From a virus (taxonomy: Duplodnaviria; Heunggongvirae; Uroviricota; Caudoviricetes): DNA of 64,000 nt. Position numbers and translations under genes: made by a program. The notes under the pieces are model-generated. The model had not been told where the DNA came from. It saw only the letters and a program-made list of their open reading frames with translations, and searched no databases. The stretch lies in the IMG/VR virus record IMGVR_UViG_3300050821_002507. One strand, given 5' to 3'. Positions 31,538-41,326 of the stretch are shown piece after piece (the stretch's first letter is position 1; each line of letters starts with the position of its first letter).

Positions 31538-32461
31538 TCACTTTATCCCAATGAATGGAACGGCCGACCCAGGCACCATTGTTGTTGGTAGTTTCCCGTC
31601 CCATTTTTCAGCCTGCGTCAGTGCAATCAGGTTTGAATTGCTGCTCAGGGCCTCTGCCTTGGCTCTAATTGCGGTTGCTTCGGCATTACCAGCAAGAATC
31701 GTCGCATCGGCCTTGGCTTTGGCTTCTGCGATTACCGAGTTTGCGCGACCAGTGGCCTGAGTTACCGCGATGTCGGCCTTGATCTTCTCCTGGGCAAGCT
31801 CCTGCTGGCGCTGCTGAACAGCAACCTCCGCCATCATCCGGGCCTCAACGGATTTGATGTAATCGGCGGAAAAGCTGATATCCTCGATCTGGACACCCTC
31901 GATAACGAAGATTGGGTCGTAGGCAATCGCTTGGGTTAATGCGGCAGCCGCGTCCGTATTCAACTGTCCGCGCGCCGAAATGGCCTTGGCAGCCGTGTAT
32001 TGCCCGAACACGACCTTAACCTCTTGATTCATGTGAGGTGTGATGAGCCGAGAAATCGCCGCTGCCTGATCTCCGCCGAATCGAGAATACATCTCAGGGA
32101 CTTTATCCGGAGACACATGCAGGGTAACTGATATTTTCAGATCCGCAGGCTGCTGGTCGGCGGAGTACGAATTCACCTTCTCAAAAGTAAAATTGTGCGT
32201 CTGCATATCAATTTTGTAGACGCTCTCGATCCATGGCGTTTTGAAATGCAGTCCAGGGCCGACAACATCGACCAAGGCTCCGTTACGCAGAAGAACGCCG
32301 CGCTCGGTTTGGTTTATAGTGTACCAACTTCCGAATACAATGGTTAGACAGAAGATGACGGCAAATCCGGTTCCTCCGAGGAAGGCGATTTTTCCGGCTT
32401 CTGATCTTTCGGGCTCGGGGGCACTATATCCACTGAGGCCTTGGCTGCGTACTGGAGGCAT
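31538..32461 (-). CDS. SPFH/band-7 (prohibitin/HflC-like) membrane protein
   Basis: N-terminal TM, then GVLLRNGALVDVVGPGLHFKTPWIESVYKIDMQ and an Ala/Gln-rich coiled coil. Confidence 0.7.
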   Translation of the reverse strand: MPPVRSQGLSGYSAPEPERSEAGKIAFLGGTGFAVIFCLTIVFGSWYTINQTERGVLLRNGALVDVVGPGLHFKTPWIESVYKIDMQTHNFTFEKVNSYSADQQPADLKISVTLHVSPDKVPEMYSRFGGDQAAAISRLITPHMNQEVKVVFGQYTAAKAISARGQLNTDAAAALTQAIAYDPIFVIEGVQIEDISFSADYIKSVEARMMAEVAVQQRQQELAQEKIKADIAVTQATGRANSVIAEAKAKADATILAGNAEATAIRAKAEALSSNSNLIALTQAEKWDGKLPTTMVPGSAVPFIGIK

Positions 32462-32529
32462 TTATTCACTCCCATAAGGAAAATGCCGATGAGAACAATC
32501 CCGCCGATGATTTCTGCGACAATCTGCAT
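32344..32529 (-). CDS. small membrane protein upstream of the SPFH gene (possible NfeD-like partner; overlaps the annotated SPFH start)
   Basis: 61 aa, IVAEIIGGIVLIGIFLMGV TM segment. Confidence 0.3.
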   Translation of the reverse strand: MQIVAEIIGGIVLIGIFLMGVNKCLQYAAKASVDIVPPSPKDQKPEKSPSSEEPDLPSSSV

Positions 32530-32585
32530 GGGGCTGCCTCTCGGACCACGTTTCGATTTTTCCTATATGCCACGCCGAAAAATAA

Positions 32586-33149
32586 ATGTCAAGTGGCTAT
32601 TGCCTTGTGGCGCAGAATGTGCGACATACAGGCCGCGCCGACATTCGGCATTCCAATGGAGAGAAACACATTCTTCTTGCTTCGGTTCTTGCGCTTGGGA
32701 TCGCAACAGGCGTTCAAACGGCCGCTCAAGCGCAACTCAATCTCGGGGCGGTGCAGAGCACCAAGGATCCGCTCACCGGCCTTTCAGCGGTCGATTGGAT
32801 CAAGCTCGCCACGAATCTTGTCGATGGCAGCGCCGTCATCGGACAGCCGATGATCTTCATGCTCAACGGTACGGGCAAGGAGTTGTCGGCAGTGACGTGC
32901 GACGGCACATACCAACTCGTTGGGCCGAAGCCATACATCAAGGGCGCCCCGAGTAGGCTAAAGCCATGGCGGGCGACTCTCGTCCCGACCAAGGGGTTCG
33001 ACGGGTACTGCAAGAAAAGCATCACGGCCCAGTCCGATGACGGCGTGACCTATGAATCCAAGTTGGTCTCGTCGGAAACTGCGCCCCACTCAAGAGGCCT
33101 CTACGGTTTGGCGGTTTTGGCAGAGGGTGGCCGCTCAACGCGGTTGTGA
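32586..33149 (+). CDS. probable secreted protein (start codon uncertain)
   Basis: Signal-like ILLASVLALGIATGVQTAAQA follows a long n-region, so an internal GTG start (32607 or 32619) is likely. Confidence 0.45.
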   Translation: MSSGYCLVAQNVRHTGRADIRHSNGEKHILLASVLALGIATGVQTAAQAQLNLGAVQSTKDPLTGLSAVDWIKLATNLVDGSAVIGQPMIFMLNGTGKELSAVTCDGTYQLVGPKPYIKGAPSRLKPWRATLVPTKGFDGYCKKSITAQSDDGVTYESKLVSSETAPHSRGLYGLAVLAEGGRSTRL

Positions 33150-33270
33150 TTATCGCTCAATCATGGTCGATAACGGAGCGATCTCTGCTCTGCCAGACGG
33201 CCACGGTCTGCCGTGGTGCTACCCACTGCCATTGAAATGCAAGCGCAAGGCATCAGGCATCGAGCACTAA

Positions 33271-33699
33271 ATGGCCGTTCGCATCGCAAATCAGGCCGCT
33301 CCTGGGACGCTTCTGGACAAGCGCCGCCGCTCCAATCGTGTGCGGTCGGATGCGCCGGGGCAGCGGAAGCCGCGTGAGCGGGATGACCAGTTCCTTGCAC
33401 TCATACGCCAATTATCTTGTATCCGCTGCGGTCAGGTTCCGAGCGAGGCCGCACATATCAGGCTCACGGTTCCAGGTAAGAAAATCACAGGCAAAGGCAT
33501 GAAGCCGGATGACAGATTTTCGTGTCCGCTATGCTCTGAATGCCACACTATCGCTCCCGATTCACAACATAGGTCCGGTGAGAAAAAATTCTGGGCGCGA
33601 CTGAAGATCGACCCGCTACAGGTTGCGGCTGAGCTTTACGCCGCCGCACCAGATTTAGCGGCTATGCAAATGATTATTTTTCGGTATAGGAGAGTATAA
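33271..33699 (+). CDS. zinc-binding phage protein (DUF968/NinG-like, putative nuclease)
   Basis: CIRCGQ...AHIR...KGMKPDDRFSCPLCSECH spacing resembles NinG/DUF968 Cys-His clusters. Confidence 0.35.
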   Translation: MAVRIANQAAPGTLLDKRRRSNRVRSDAPGQRKPRERDDQFLALIRQLSCIRCGQVPSEAAHIRLTVPGKKITGKGMKPDDRFSCPLCSECHTIAPDSQHRSGEKKFWARLKIDPLQVAAELYAAAPDLAAMQMIIFRYRRV

Positions 33700-33923
33700 T
33701 GCGGACAAATTCACTAGCCAAGTTTCGCAAGGAACACGCAGAGCAACACATCGAATTAATCAAGGCAAAAAATGAGCTTCGCGATAGCCATTTTGAACTT
33801 AAGCAATCAACTGAAAAACTGAATAAGATGTGCCAGTTATGCGATAGGCAGCGACACGAGATTACACGGCTCCGCTCTCTCTTGATGGCCGTGAAGGTTC
33901 TTGTTAGGGCGATGGGAGAATAG
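33699..33923 (+). CDS. small coiled-coil protein
   Basis: GGAGAG RBS. ATG overlaps the upstream TAA stop. Confidence 0.45.
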   Translation: MRTNSLAKFRKEHAEQHIELIKAKNELRDSHFELKQSTEKLNKMCQLCDRQRHEITRLRSLLMAVKVLVRAMGE

Positions 33924-33924
33924 C

Positions 33925-34896
33925 ATGACCGAATCAAACGAATACGCCTTGTGGGAATCGCTCCTAGCCGCCAAGGTTGCAGGGCAGATCCCGCCGCCGA
34001 TCAATCCGAACGAGCCCGCTTGTGGCTTCTACCGGTCACGCCGGAAGGGTGGCCCATATCTCCCGGTGGCTATTTGGATTGATGGCGATCTGTGCTGCCA
34101 GATCGACGGCGAGGACGTGCCGGCGCAAAAGGTGATTGACAGTTGGCCGTTTATCTCAAGGAATCCAGTATCATGGGAGGCCTACGAATTCTACAAGCAA
34201 AACGGTCGTTGGGAAGATGCCGACGAAACCGTACACGAGCAGATGACCGAGCGAGGGATTGGGGACAACAACCCTCCCGATGAACTCGCGCTGATGAAGG
34301 GCGAGATCGAGGCTGCCTCCGCCGGCATTGCGGCCTACAAGGAAATCACGGACGACCAACAACAGGCGCGGGCGCAGTCGCTGCGGTCGAGATTATTGGA
34401 ACTTTCGACCGGCGCAGACAAAAAAAGAGAGGCTGAAAAGAAGCCACACTGGGATGCCGGGAAGGCAGTCGATGCCAAGTGGCAGCCTTTGGTTGCCGCC
34501 GCAAAAGCCGCCGCCGACACGATCCGCGCTGCAATGGCAAAGTTTGAGACTGCCAAGGCCCAGAAGGCGCGAGCGGAGCAGGAAGAGATTGCTAGGAAGG
34601 CCCGCGAAGCTGCTGCGGAGGCCGCCAAGGCTGGGAAGCCGGCACCGCCTCCTCCCCCCGCTCCAACGCCTCCAGTTGCACCACAACCGATTCGTGGGGG
34701 CTACGGCAGGGCTGCAAGCACAAGGCCGGTCAAGGTCTTCAAGAAAATAACAGATCTTGACGCCGCCTTGAAATTCTTTCACAACTGCCCAGAGATCGCG
34801 GAAGCAGTTACAGCGGTCGCCAAAAGCTACTGCAAAAACTACCCGGAAACCGAATTGCCCGGAATCGAAACGGCAATGGAAATGAGCATAAAATGA
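33925..34896 (+). CDS. hypothetical protein with a Pro/Ala-rich linker
   Basis: ATG preceded by GGGAGAATAGC. The ORF track alternative starts at 33901. Confidence 0.5.
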   Translation: MTESNEYALWESLLAAKVAGQIPPPINPNEPACGFYRSRRKGGPYLPVAIWIDGDLCCQIDGEDVPAQKVIDSWPFISRNPVSWEAYEFYKQNGRWEDADETVHEQMTERGIGDNNPPDELALMKGEIEAASAGIAAYKEITDDQQQARAQSLRSRLLELSTGADKKREAEKKPHWDAGKAVDAKWQPLVAAAKAAADTIRAAMAKFETAKAQKARAEQEEIARKAREAAAEAAKAGKPAPPPPPAPTPPVAPQPIRGGYGRAASTRPVKVFKKITDLDAALKFFHNCPEIAEAVTAVAKSYCKNYPETELPGIETAMEMSIK

Positions 34897-35987
34897 GCGA
34901 ACGATTCGATTTGGAAACTGGCGAAATCACAGAATCTCGCGTCCCGGCGATAGTCGATAAGAGAGAGGTCGATTCTCCGCTACAGCCACCGTCCTCCGGA
35001 ACATTCCCGCACATCGCCAAGGCCATTGCCGAGGTCATGGCGGCGCTTGCCCCGGTCGAGCGGGACGGCAAGCACAAGCATTTCGGCTATAAGTACCCGA
35101 CCATGGGCGCGATCCTGACTGAGTTGACGCCTCGCATGGGAACGGCTGGCCTCGCAATCATTCCGGCGGAGTTCGGTGATCCTGCCTTCGTGGAGGGAAA
35201 ATACGTCAAACAACGGTACGTCTTCACGATTCTCCACAGTTCTGGCGAAGTCTGGGCCTATCCCACCAAGTGGACGGGATTGTCTCTGGCCATGTCAGAG
35301 AACGGAAAATTCGATGACAAGTGCCTCGGAAAGACCGCAGTGTCAGCGCGAAAGGCGTTCTTGCAGGCACTGTTCAATATTCCGGTCGAGGACGTGAACG
35401 CAGCGGATCCGGATCGCGGCGATAACGACGCACAGAGGTCTCCTCCCCCGCCACCGAAGCCAGTTGCCGGGGCCAAGCCACACACCATCCAAATAACGGA
35501 TGGAATGGACATGCCGCATTGGATCCAACTGTATCTCTCATATCTCGCCACGTCCGCGACAAACGATGAGTTGCAGCAGTGGGACAAACTTAACGACGCG
35601 ATCTTGACGAAAGTCTCGAATAAGGACAAGGACGCCTACGCGAAGATCATCGAGGCAACGCAGAAGCGCGGGAAGGAGTTGACCGTCAAGAAGCCGGGAC
35701 CGCCCCCTCCTCCGAAGGCCACGACGCAAGCGGAGAAGGATGTCGCACTCGTGACCGAAGGCGTTACGCCTCCAGGAGAGACCGTGTGGGAGGACCCAGC
35801 CATGGACGGCCAAGCGTGGCTGCGCGACTTCGACGGTGCTCTAAGCGCCTGCACCACGAAGGAGGCGCTGGAGGAGGTCCGCAAGATGGTTGGACTTCCG
35901 GCCAAGGGGAAGGTATCGACTGAGGAGTGGGACCAAGGCGGCGTGCTGTTGCAGGCAGCAAAGAACAGGATTGCGCTTGATGCATAG
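34893..35987 (+). CDS. ERF-family single-strand annealing protein
   Basis: FPHIAKAIAEVMAALAPVERDGKHKHFGYKYPTMGAILTELTPRMGTAGLAI matches the ERF core. Pro-rich C-terminal half. Confidence 0.6.
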   Translation: MSERFDLETGEITESRVPAIVDKREVDSPLQPPSSGTFPHIAKAIAEVMAALAPVERDGKHKHFGYKYPTMGAILTELTPRMGTAGLAIIPAEFGDPAFVEGKYVKQRYVFTILHSSGEVWAYPTKWTGLSLAMSENGKFDDKCLGKTAVSARKAFLQALFNIPVEDVNAADPDRGDNDAQRSPPPPPKPVAGAKPHTIQITDGMDMPHWIQLYLSYLATSATNDELQQWDKLNDAILTKVSNKDKDAYAKIIEATQKRGKELTVKKPGPPPPPKATTQAEKDVALVTEGVTPPGETVWEDPAMDGQAWLRDFDGALSACTTKEALEEVRKMVGLPAKGKVSTEEWDQGGVLLQAAKNRIALDA

Positions 35988-36204
35988 GGCGATCTCCAAG
36001 TTCTACCGGATATCCGGACAGGCCATCTACGGTATTGGCTCCGTATTTGCGTTCGCTGGACTTGCCATAGCCATGCCGGGTGCTGTCATAGCCTCGTGGG
36101 GCATGTGGCTGGAGGTGCGCGGGTATCGGTTGCTGATGAAACAGGATTTCAGCGGGTCGATGCCCGTGCCGAAAAGTTCATTGGCGCCTAAAAATGGAGA
36201 ATAG
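35980..36204 (+). CDS. small two-TM membrane protein
   Basis: Internal ATG overlapping the ERF stop. GIGSVFAFAGLAIAMPGAVIASWGMWL. Confidence 0.4.
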   Translation: MHRAISKFYRISGQAIYGIGSVFAFAGLAIAMPGAVIASWGMWLEVRGYRLLMKQDFSGSMPVPKSSLAPKNGE

Positions 36205-36205
36205 C

Positions 36206-36412
36206 ATGGGCACATACAGTCAGATCATCGAAGGGCTGCAACTTCTCGCCACTTGTGAGCCTAATGGATTAGCCACCCACGGCGTTCAAGCCGAGCATGA
36301 CGAGATTTATGCCGGACCATCCATTGAGAAGGTTAGTAAGGAGGTTAGCCTGCGGCTTGAGGCTCTTGGTTGGCACCATAGCGAAGCCGATTGTTGGGCT
36401 ATCTATACCTAA
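36206..36412 (+). CDS. hypothetical protein
   Basis: ATG preceded by GGAGAATAGC, the same 13-mer context as the start at 33925. Confidence 0.4.
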   Translation: MGTYSQIIEGLQLLATCEPNGLATHGVQAEHDEIYAGPSIEKVSKEVSLRLEALGWHHSEADCWAIYT

Positions 36413-36846
36413 TGAGAGGCATCTGGCGCCGCGTCGGTGATACGGCCGTACCGATCTCGCCGCGTGCAAAAAAGTTCTTGGTTGGCATAAAAGAAAACGG
36501 AGTTTTCACGGATGCTCGGAACCCCAAGCAACATGCGCTATTCTTCGTTTTGTGCAAGATTGTCGCAGATAACACAGACGAGACAGTTGAAGTCGTCCGT
36601 AAACGCGCGTTATACAAGGCTGGTTATGTGACAACATGGGTGGAGAAGTCAGGTAGAGTACACATCGAGCCGAAATCGATCCGCGACATGAAGCAGAAGG
36701 AGTTCGACCAATGCTTTAAGGACTGTATCCCGATCATGGCAGAGTGGCTTGGAAACGCACCAGACGAACTACGCGACGAGGCAATGGCGCGGTTTAATGA
36801 TTCGGTAGACGGGGACTTGGCAGAGCGGATGGAGAGTTACAGGTGA
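36412..36846 (+). CDS. hypothetical protein
   Basis: ATG overlapping the upstream TAA stop. 144 aa. Confidence 0.45.
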   Translation: MRGIWRRVGDTAVPISPRAKKFLVGIKENGVFTDARNPKQHALFFVLCKIVADNTDETVEVVRKRALYKAGYVTTWVEKSGRVHIEPKSIRDMKQKEFDQCFKDCIPIMAEWLGNAPDELRDEAMARFNDSVDGDLAERMESYR

Positions 36847-37052
36847 CGACAAAACGAAAGCTCAAGTTGGAAGGCGAGAGGCTGAAACGCTGCCTGCGCA
36901 GACAGTCGTATCCGCCGCAAATCCGAAATATGGCGGATGGCATCATTGCGGGCATAGATGCGGCGCAACTTGCTGCTCGTGTCCATCAAGCCATCAAGGC
37001 ACAGATTGTCAATGGTGTTACAGAGTTGGAGAAGATGTTAGGCGCGGCATAG
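36843..37052 (+). CDS. hypothetical protein
   Basis: GTG start overlapping the upstream TGA stop. Confidence 0.35.
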   Translation: MTTKRKLKLEGERLKRCLRRQSYPPQIRNMADGIIAGIDAAQLAARVHQAIKAQIVNGVTELEKMLGAA

Positions 37053-37342
37053 TGACCGGAGATCGGTCGTGACCGAGCAGGACAATGGGACGATCAAGTG
37101 ACTTGCTGAGCGGTGAAGTGCTCAGCGCCAAAATGCAACAAATAGTAAATGCGCTAGGAGGCGAACATGACCTTGTTTTGGCACCCAACGGGACCGAAGG
37201 TAACATACAGAAACGGCATGTTTCGCGTCTCCGATCTCAATCCACAAGTGGAGACGGGATGGCGGATGAGCCGAAGTGAGATGATCCGCTTCGGATGGAA
37301 CTGCATACGGGCAGCATTTCAGTAGACACCGGGTAGGAAAAC

Positions 37343-38014
37343 ATGACGCTTACCGATTACCTCGATGGAATGCGCGGCGCCGCGACGGCGACCGATCTTG
37401 AAGCCGCAATTCAAGCGCCGTTCAAGCATTCGTTCCGAGGCCCGACTTGGAGCCGAATTTGCAATACACGCATCGAAGCCGGTAATCGCATTTGCTTAGC
37501 CAGCCCCAACGGGAAGTTTGTTCCGATGTTTGGACCGCGTCGGAAGCTCACACTTTGCGGCCACACTTATGGGGTCGGGTACGGGCAAAACTCGAGCGGG
37601 GAACGCTACGTCTGGACGTATGCGGAGGAATGGGCGGTGAAGGTTCTGCGAGAGCACGGCTTCGGCGTTCGCGCCTCGCATCTTATCTGGGATAACGCCG
37701 GGAGCTATCCGCATCGCGCCCTGCAGTGCATCGAGGAAGCCCTGGCGGGACAGCACCCTGATCCGCCGATGAATCGGCTGATCTACGTCCGCGACACATG
37801 CGATGGAATGCCCGTGCGAGTGGACCGCCGATACGAGAGCAAGCATCGTGCTCACCGCCCGTGCCGATGCGGCGGCACTCGCTGGGATTGGGGTTCTGGG
37901 TACAGCCTGGGTATCACATTCGTCCATTGGTATTGCGACGGATGCCCGAGAGTTTACGAGGAACACGTGACCGAGGATCGGTTCGCAAAAATCAGGTCGC
38001 AGAAAGCCGCGTGA
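37343..38014 (+). CDS. hypothetical protein (Cys/His-rich C-terminus)
   Basis: AGGAAA RBS. 223 aa. Confidence 0.5.
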   Translation: MTLTDYLDGMRGAATATDLEAAIQAPFKHSFRGPTWSRICNTRIEAGNRICLASPNGKFVPMFGPRRKLTLCGHTYGVGYGQNSSGERYVWTYAEEWAVKVLREHGFGVRASHLIWDNAGSYPHRALQCIEEALAGQHPDPPMNRLIYVRDTCDGMPVRVDRRYESKHRAHRPCRCGGTRWDWGSGYSLGITFVHWYCDGCPRVYEEHVTEDRFAKIRSQKAA

Positions 38015-38048
38015 GTTACCCGGTAACATCACAGGACGGAGCAGGACG

Positions 38049-38393
38049 ATGGTATCGATGGCTCAGATGGAGACTTGCCGGGCGCTTGCCGCAGAACGCT
38101 TGCGGCCCGTCGATATGCCGGACGGCATCGATAGCCCCATTCCAGGCGTGATCCTGTTCGCCGATGACGGACATAGAAGTCTGGAGATGGTCATGGGAGA
38201 CGGCCGCACGGTCGATCTTCTAAAGGTCTGGAGACTTGCGGAGGACTGCATTCGGAATTGGCACAAGGGAACGCCAGAGCACATCCCGAGCTTTGTCGGA
38301 GACTTCGGCCGACTCGCTCGGCTCGCAGAGGCATTGAACGGGCGCGATCCGCGCGTTCTACCCGGAGTTATCAAACCTCGGGGCGAGACATGA
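38049..38393 (+). CDS. hypothetical protein
   Basis: 114-aa ORF. Confidence 0.45.
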   Translation: MVSMAQMETCRALAAERLRPVDMPDGIDSPIPGVILFADDGHRSLEMVMGDGRTVDLLKVWRLAEDCIRNWHKGTPEHIPSFVGDFGRLARLAEALNGRDPRVLPGVIKPRGET

Positions 38394-38485
38394 GCCAATT
38401 GGATTACATCGGTCTGTTTGTCACCGTCGATACGTCGCTTCTTGTGGTGATTGTCGTTCACTTGTTTTGGGGCAGCAGACGATGA
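38390..38485 (+). CDS. tiny membrane peptide (31 aa)
   Basis: ATGA overlap with the upstream stop. LFVTVDTSLLVVIVVHLFW. Confidence 0.25.
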   Translation: MSQLDYIGLFVTVDTSLLVVIVVHLFWGSRR

Positions 38486-38820
38486 CAGATCGAGCAGCAG
38501 ATTATCTTGAGCGGGTCAAAAGCAACATTGCTGACCAGCGGGGGCACGAAGACCCAGCGGCCTGCATCGCCTACTCGGACGCCGATGCCATGATTGCGGA
38601 GATCGAGGAACTTCGGGCAGCCATGATGGCCAACCGCGCGCTCTCGGAAGCAATAGCGGCCGATGAGAACTTATCTTCTCTTAGGGCGCGCTTGAACCAA
38701 GTTGACGGGAACGAAGCGCATCGGATTCTTCCGGAAATTTGGCCTAGCATAAAAGCGATTTGCGCTTTGTCGGACGTTGCAGAGATGCTCAGTCGCGGTG
38801 AGACAGAGGGTAAGTCATGA
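38482..38820 (+). CDS. hypothetical protein
   Basis: ATGA overlap. Ends ...GETEGKS before the next coupled start. Confidence 0.45.
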   Translation: MTDRAADYLERVKSNIADQRGHEDPAACIAYSDADAMIAEIEELRAAMMANRALSEAIAADENLSSLRARLNQVDGNEAHRILPEIWPSIKAICALSDVAEMLSRGETEGKS

Positions 38821-39005
38821 GCGATATCTACGCAGAGAACCATCAGAACGATCCTCACCCGCCTGTCGTCGAATGCCCCCGGTGCAATGAGACCGATGAG
38901 CGAGCTATTGGCATGAACAGATGCGGTTTATGCGAATGCGAGTTCTTTGTTGCCTGCAATGGCTCTGCCTATGCTCCAGCAAAACGACTACCCGCATGTA
39001 CCTGA
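38817..39005 (+). CDS. zinc-ribbon protein
   Basis: CPRCN...CGLCEC...C. ATGA overlap. Confidence 0.45.
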   Translation: MSDIYAENHQNDPHPPVVECPRCNETDERAIGMNRCGLCECEFFVACNGSAYAPAKRLPACT

Positions 39006-39014
39006 ATACGGAGC

Positions 39015-39500
39015 ATGACGATGGCCGATACCCCAACACAACTCCGCAACATCCGCGATAAAATTCGCAGCGGACGATTTGGGCAACGGTCGATATGGGA
39101 GAATCAACTTGAAGGCGCTGCGGCCGAGATCGAGAAGCTGCGGGCGGCGCTCAAGCCGTTCGCGGATGCAGCGGTCGGCCTAACGGATGATGACGAGGAC
39201 GACGAGGAAATATGGGAGCGTCCGGTCGGCATGGACATTCTCATTGGCGATCTGCGTCGGGCGGCGACGGCTCTTGAGCAGAAGGCGGGCGATCCCGATG
39301 AAGGGCTACCGACAGCCAACGATGTGCGCGGCATCTTGGCCACCGAGCAGAAGGCGGCCCCGAGCGCCGTTTCGACCGGCTATTGCCCCCGCTGGCCGGG
39401 ATGCGGTTGCGGGACGCAAAGCGGGCCACATACCTGTGAGTGGGAACACGAGCAGAGCAGTCCGATGCCCGGTCGTGGGCAAACTGAGGGTAAGCCATGA
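39015..39500 (+). CDS. hypothetical acidic protein
   Basis: 161 aa. Ends ...GQTEGKP with the same GAGGGTAAGYCATGA junction as the gene at 38482. Confidence 0.45.
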   Translation: MTMADTPTQLRNIRDKIRSGRFGQRSIWENQLEGAAAEIEKLRAALKPFADAAVGLTDDDEDDEEIWERPVGMDILIGDLRRAATALEQKAGDPDEGLPTANDVRGILATEQKAAPSAVSTGYCPRWPGCGCGTQSGPHTCEWEHEQSSPMPGRGQTEGKP

Positions 39501-39931
39501 CCACATATTTTTGCGACGGATGCGATGCAACGTGCGATCCGGAGAAAGACCCGCATTGTTTTCATCGGGCCGGGGATTGCGATGTTACCCTCTGCGAGAA
39601 CTGCCGCGAAGCGGCCTACGATCGCCAGCAGGGACGGCTCATGGAAAATGGACCTGGGCCGAGCCTGCGGGATCAGCAGATCTCGGCAATGAAGTTCAAA
39701 GTGACAAGGTCTCAAGAGACCTGCGAGCAAGTAATGTCCGACCAATTCGTTATCCACCGGCTGCGATCGAAGCCCGTCGAATATACGGTTCGCATCCGTC
39801 ACTTTGTGGTGGACGGAGAATGGACAATCGGCGTCCTGGTTCTGGACATCGTAGAGGACGACGAGCAAAAATTAAGGGTTGCTGCCGATCTTCGTCGGGC
39901 GGCCGATATTCTTGATGGGCAACAGACATGA
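39497..39931 (+). CDS. Cys-rich hypothetical protein
   Basis: CDGCDATCD...CENC N-terminal cluster. Confidence 0.45.
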   Translation: MTTYFCDGCDATCDPEKDPHCFHRAGDCDVTLCENCREAAYDRQQGRLMENGPGPSLRDQQISAMKFKVTRSQETCEQVMSDQFVIHRLRSKPVEYTVRIRHFVVDGEWTIGVLVLDIVEDDEQKLRVAADLRRAADILDGQQT

Positions 39932-40083
39932 GCAATACCGCAAGGACGAGATTGGCCGTTATGCTTCTCTACATCTCGGCATGGTGCGCCGCTATGGGGG
40001 TCGGGCATAACGAGGTCGCTCTCGGCATCGCGATCGGTCTCGGCATCAACTCATTGACCTATTTCATGCTCGCAGGTGCCTAA
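39928..40083 (+). CDS. small membrane protein (51 aa)
   Basis: ATGA overlap. LAVMLLYISAWCAAMGV...IAIGLGINSLTYFMLAG. Confidence 0.35.
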   Translation: MSNTARTRLAVMLLYISAWCAAMGVGHNEVALGIAIGLGINSLTYFMLAGA

Positions 40084-40085
40084 AC

Positions 40086-40125
40086 TCCGAGTAAAACGAA
40101 AAAGACCTCACGGTTTCCCGCAGGT
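40086..40125 (-). terminator. possible intrinsic terminator for the minus-strand membrane-gene cluster
   Basis: Imperfect hairpin ACCT..CGG/CCG..AGGT followed by TTTTTCGTTTT on the minus strand. Confidence 0.3.
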
Positions 40126-40133
40126 GCCATATG

Positions 40134-40601
40134 TCAACTTTTCTCTTGGGATGGTTCTATCTCAAAGTTTATTTCTGGCATCTGGACGCATATCGGCCAG
40201 AACTCTTGTAGTGGATTACATGCGTAGCAGGCAACGCTCGAATATTTCGCCGGCCCAGTAATATTCTCAGGCAAAGGAACTGTACGCTCTACCTTGTCGT
40301 TTCGTTGCTGATCCGGCGTACCGTAAATAGCGTTTACCGGATCATAGGCGTGTCGAACCCCTTTGGAATCGACAATCGTGCGCGTGACCTTTGCCCTCGA
40401 TGACGGCCGGCAGGATCTCTCAGTCTTTATATCCCACGTCACCATTATGGACCCATTGACCACTGGATTCGGCGGGTCTATATGGCCAGAAATAACGGCG
40501 AATGGAGGCTCGCGGTCAAGAAGCATCCATAGTGCCGGACCAAACAAAATAACCGATACAAATGCCGCAACCATAGATGTCCTTGGTTCAGATATCATTT
40601 T
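40134..40601 (-). CDS. membrane-anchored protein
   Basis: Start taken at the internal Met (MISEPRTSMVAAFVSVILFGPALW) to avoid a 115-nt overlap. The ORF track gives 40134..40709. Confidence 0.45.
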   Translation of the reverse strand, partial: KMISEPRTSMVAAFVSVILFGPALWMLLDREPPFAVISGHIDPPNPVVNGSIMVTWDIKTERSCRPSSRAKVTRTIVDSKGVRHAYDPVNAIYGTPDQQRNDKVERTVPLPENITGPAKYSSVACYACNPLQEFWPICVQMPEINFEIEPSQEKS

Positions 40602-40759
40602 ATGATATCCTTCAGGCCCCAGAGGTATTTTATACCGGCGACCGCCGCTGCGACCGATGCTAGCCACTTCGCCCAAATTCCCGTTTTCAGCCAAAATTTT
40701 GTTGCCCATTCATGGGCCTCCAACATATTGAGTAGTCGCCGTTCTTCGTCAGGAGTCAT
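40595..40759 (-). CDS. small membrane protein
   Basis: WAKWLASVAAAVAGIKYLWGL TM helix. Alternative starts at 40777 and 40813. Confidence 0.3.
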   Translation of the reverse strand: MTPDEERRLLNMLEAHEWATKFWLKTGIWAKWLASVAAAVAGIKYLWGLKDIIK

Positions 40760-41174
40760 GGGTAATACGACGCGCATGTGAAATAATAGCAACAGTATGT
40801 CCAATAGCTGCAAGTACGCTGTATATCTGGTCGGCAGCTATGAAGGCGTGAGGTCTTAACACGCCATCAGCGAACTGTCCGAGCCACATTGATTCTATGG
40901 CGCCGGCCCCAGACATCATCAGTAGAGCCTGCTGCGGCAGTAGAAAAAGCAACATCCACGGCAAAGCTGTGAAAAGGCCAATCCAAGCCATCACGGCAGC
41001 GCCAATAATGACTGCGATTAGTACCGGCAACAAATTAATGTATACATGCAGAGCATTGATCGCGTTCACATTTAGGGCGGAATCATCCGTCATTAGAATC
41101 AATGCCCACGACATATGCAGGGCAATTGCAAACAGAACCATTATTGAGATGGGGCGGTTGTGGAATGTTACCAT
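40749..41174 (-). CDS. polytopic membrane protein
   Basis: Four hydrophobic segments. 141 aa. Confidence 0.5.
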   Translation of the reverse strand: MVTFHNRPISIMVLFAIALHMSWALILMTDDSALNVNAINALHVYINLLPVLIAVIIGAAVMAWIGLFTALPWMLLFLLPQQALLMMSGAGAIESMWLGQFADGVLRPHAFIAADQIYSVLAAIGHTVAIISHARRITHDS

Positions 41175-41326
41175 TGTCTTTTCTTAGGGGTAAACACTCG
41201 ATGGCTGATCGCGCTCCCATGCTGGCTTTCGTTTCACTGTCATTTGCGACAACTCCACTCCAGCCGAGAACGCGGCAAGAAAACTCAGGAAGGCGATAAC
41301 ATAGGTCGGGTCTAGGTCTTCTGGTC

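Noticed and set aside
39187-39915. 242-aa alternative-frame ORF on the plus strand
   Set aside because: It overlaps two coupled genes in another frame. It is Arg-rich and lacks a start context.
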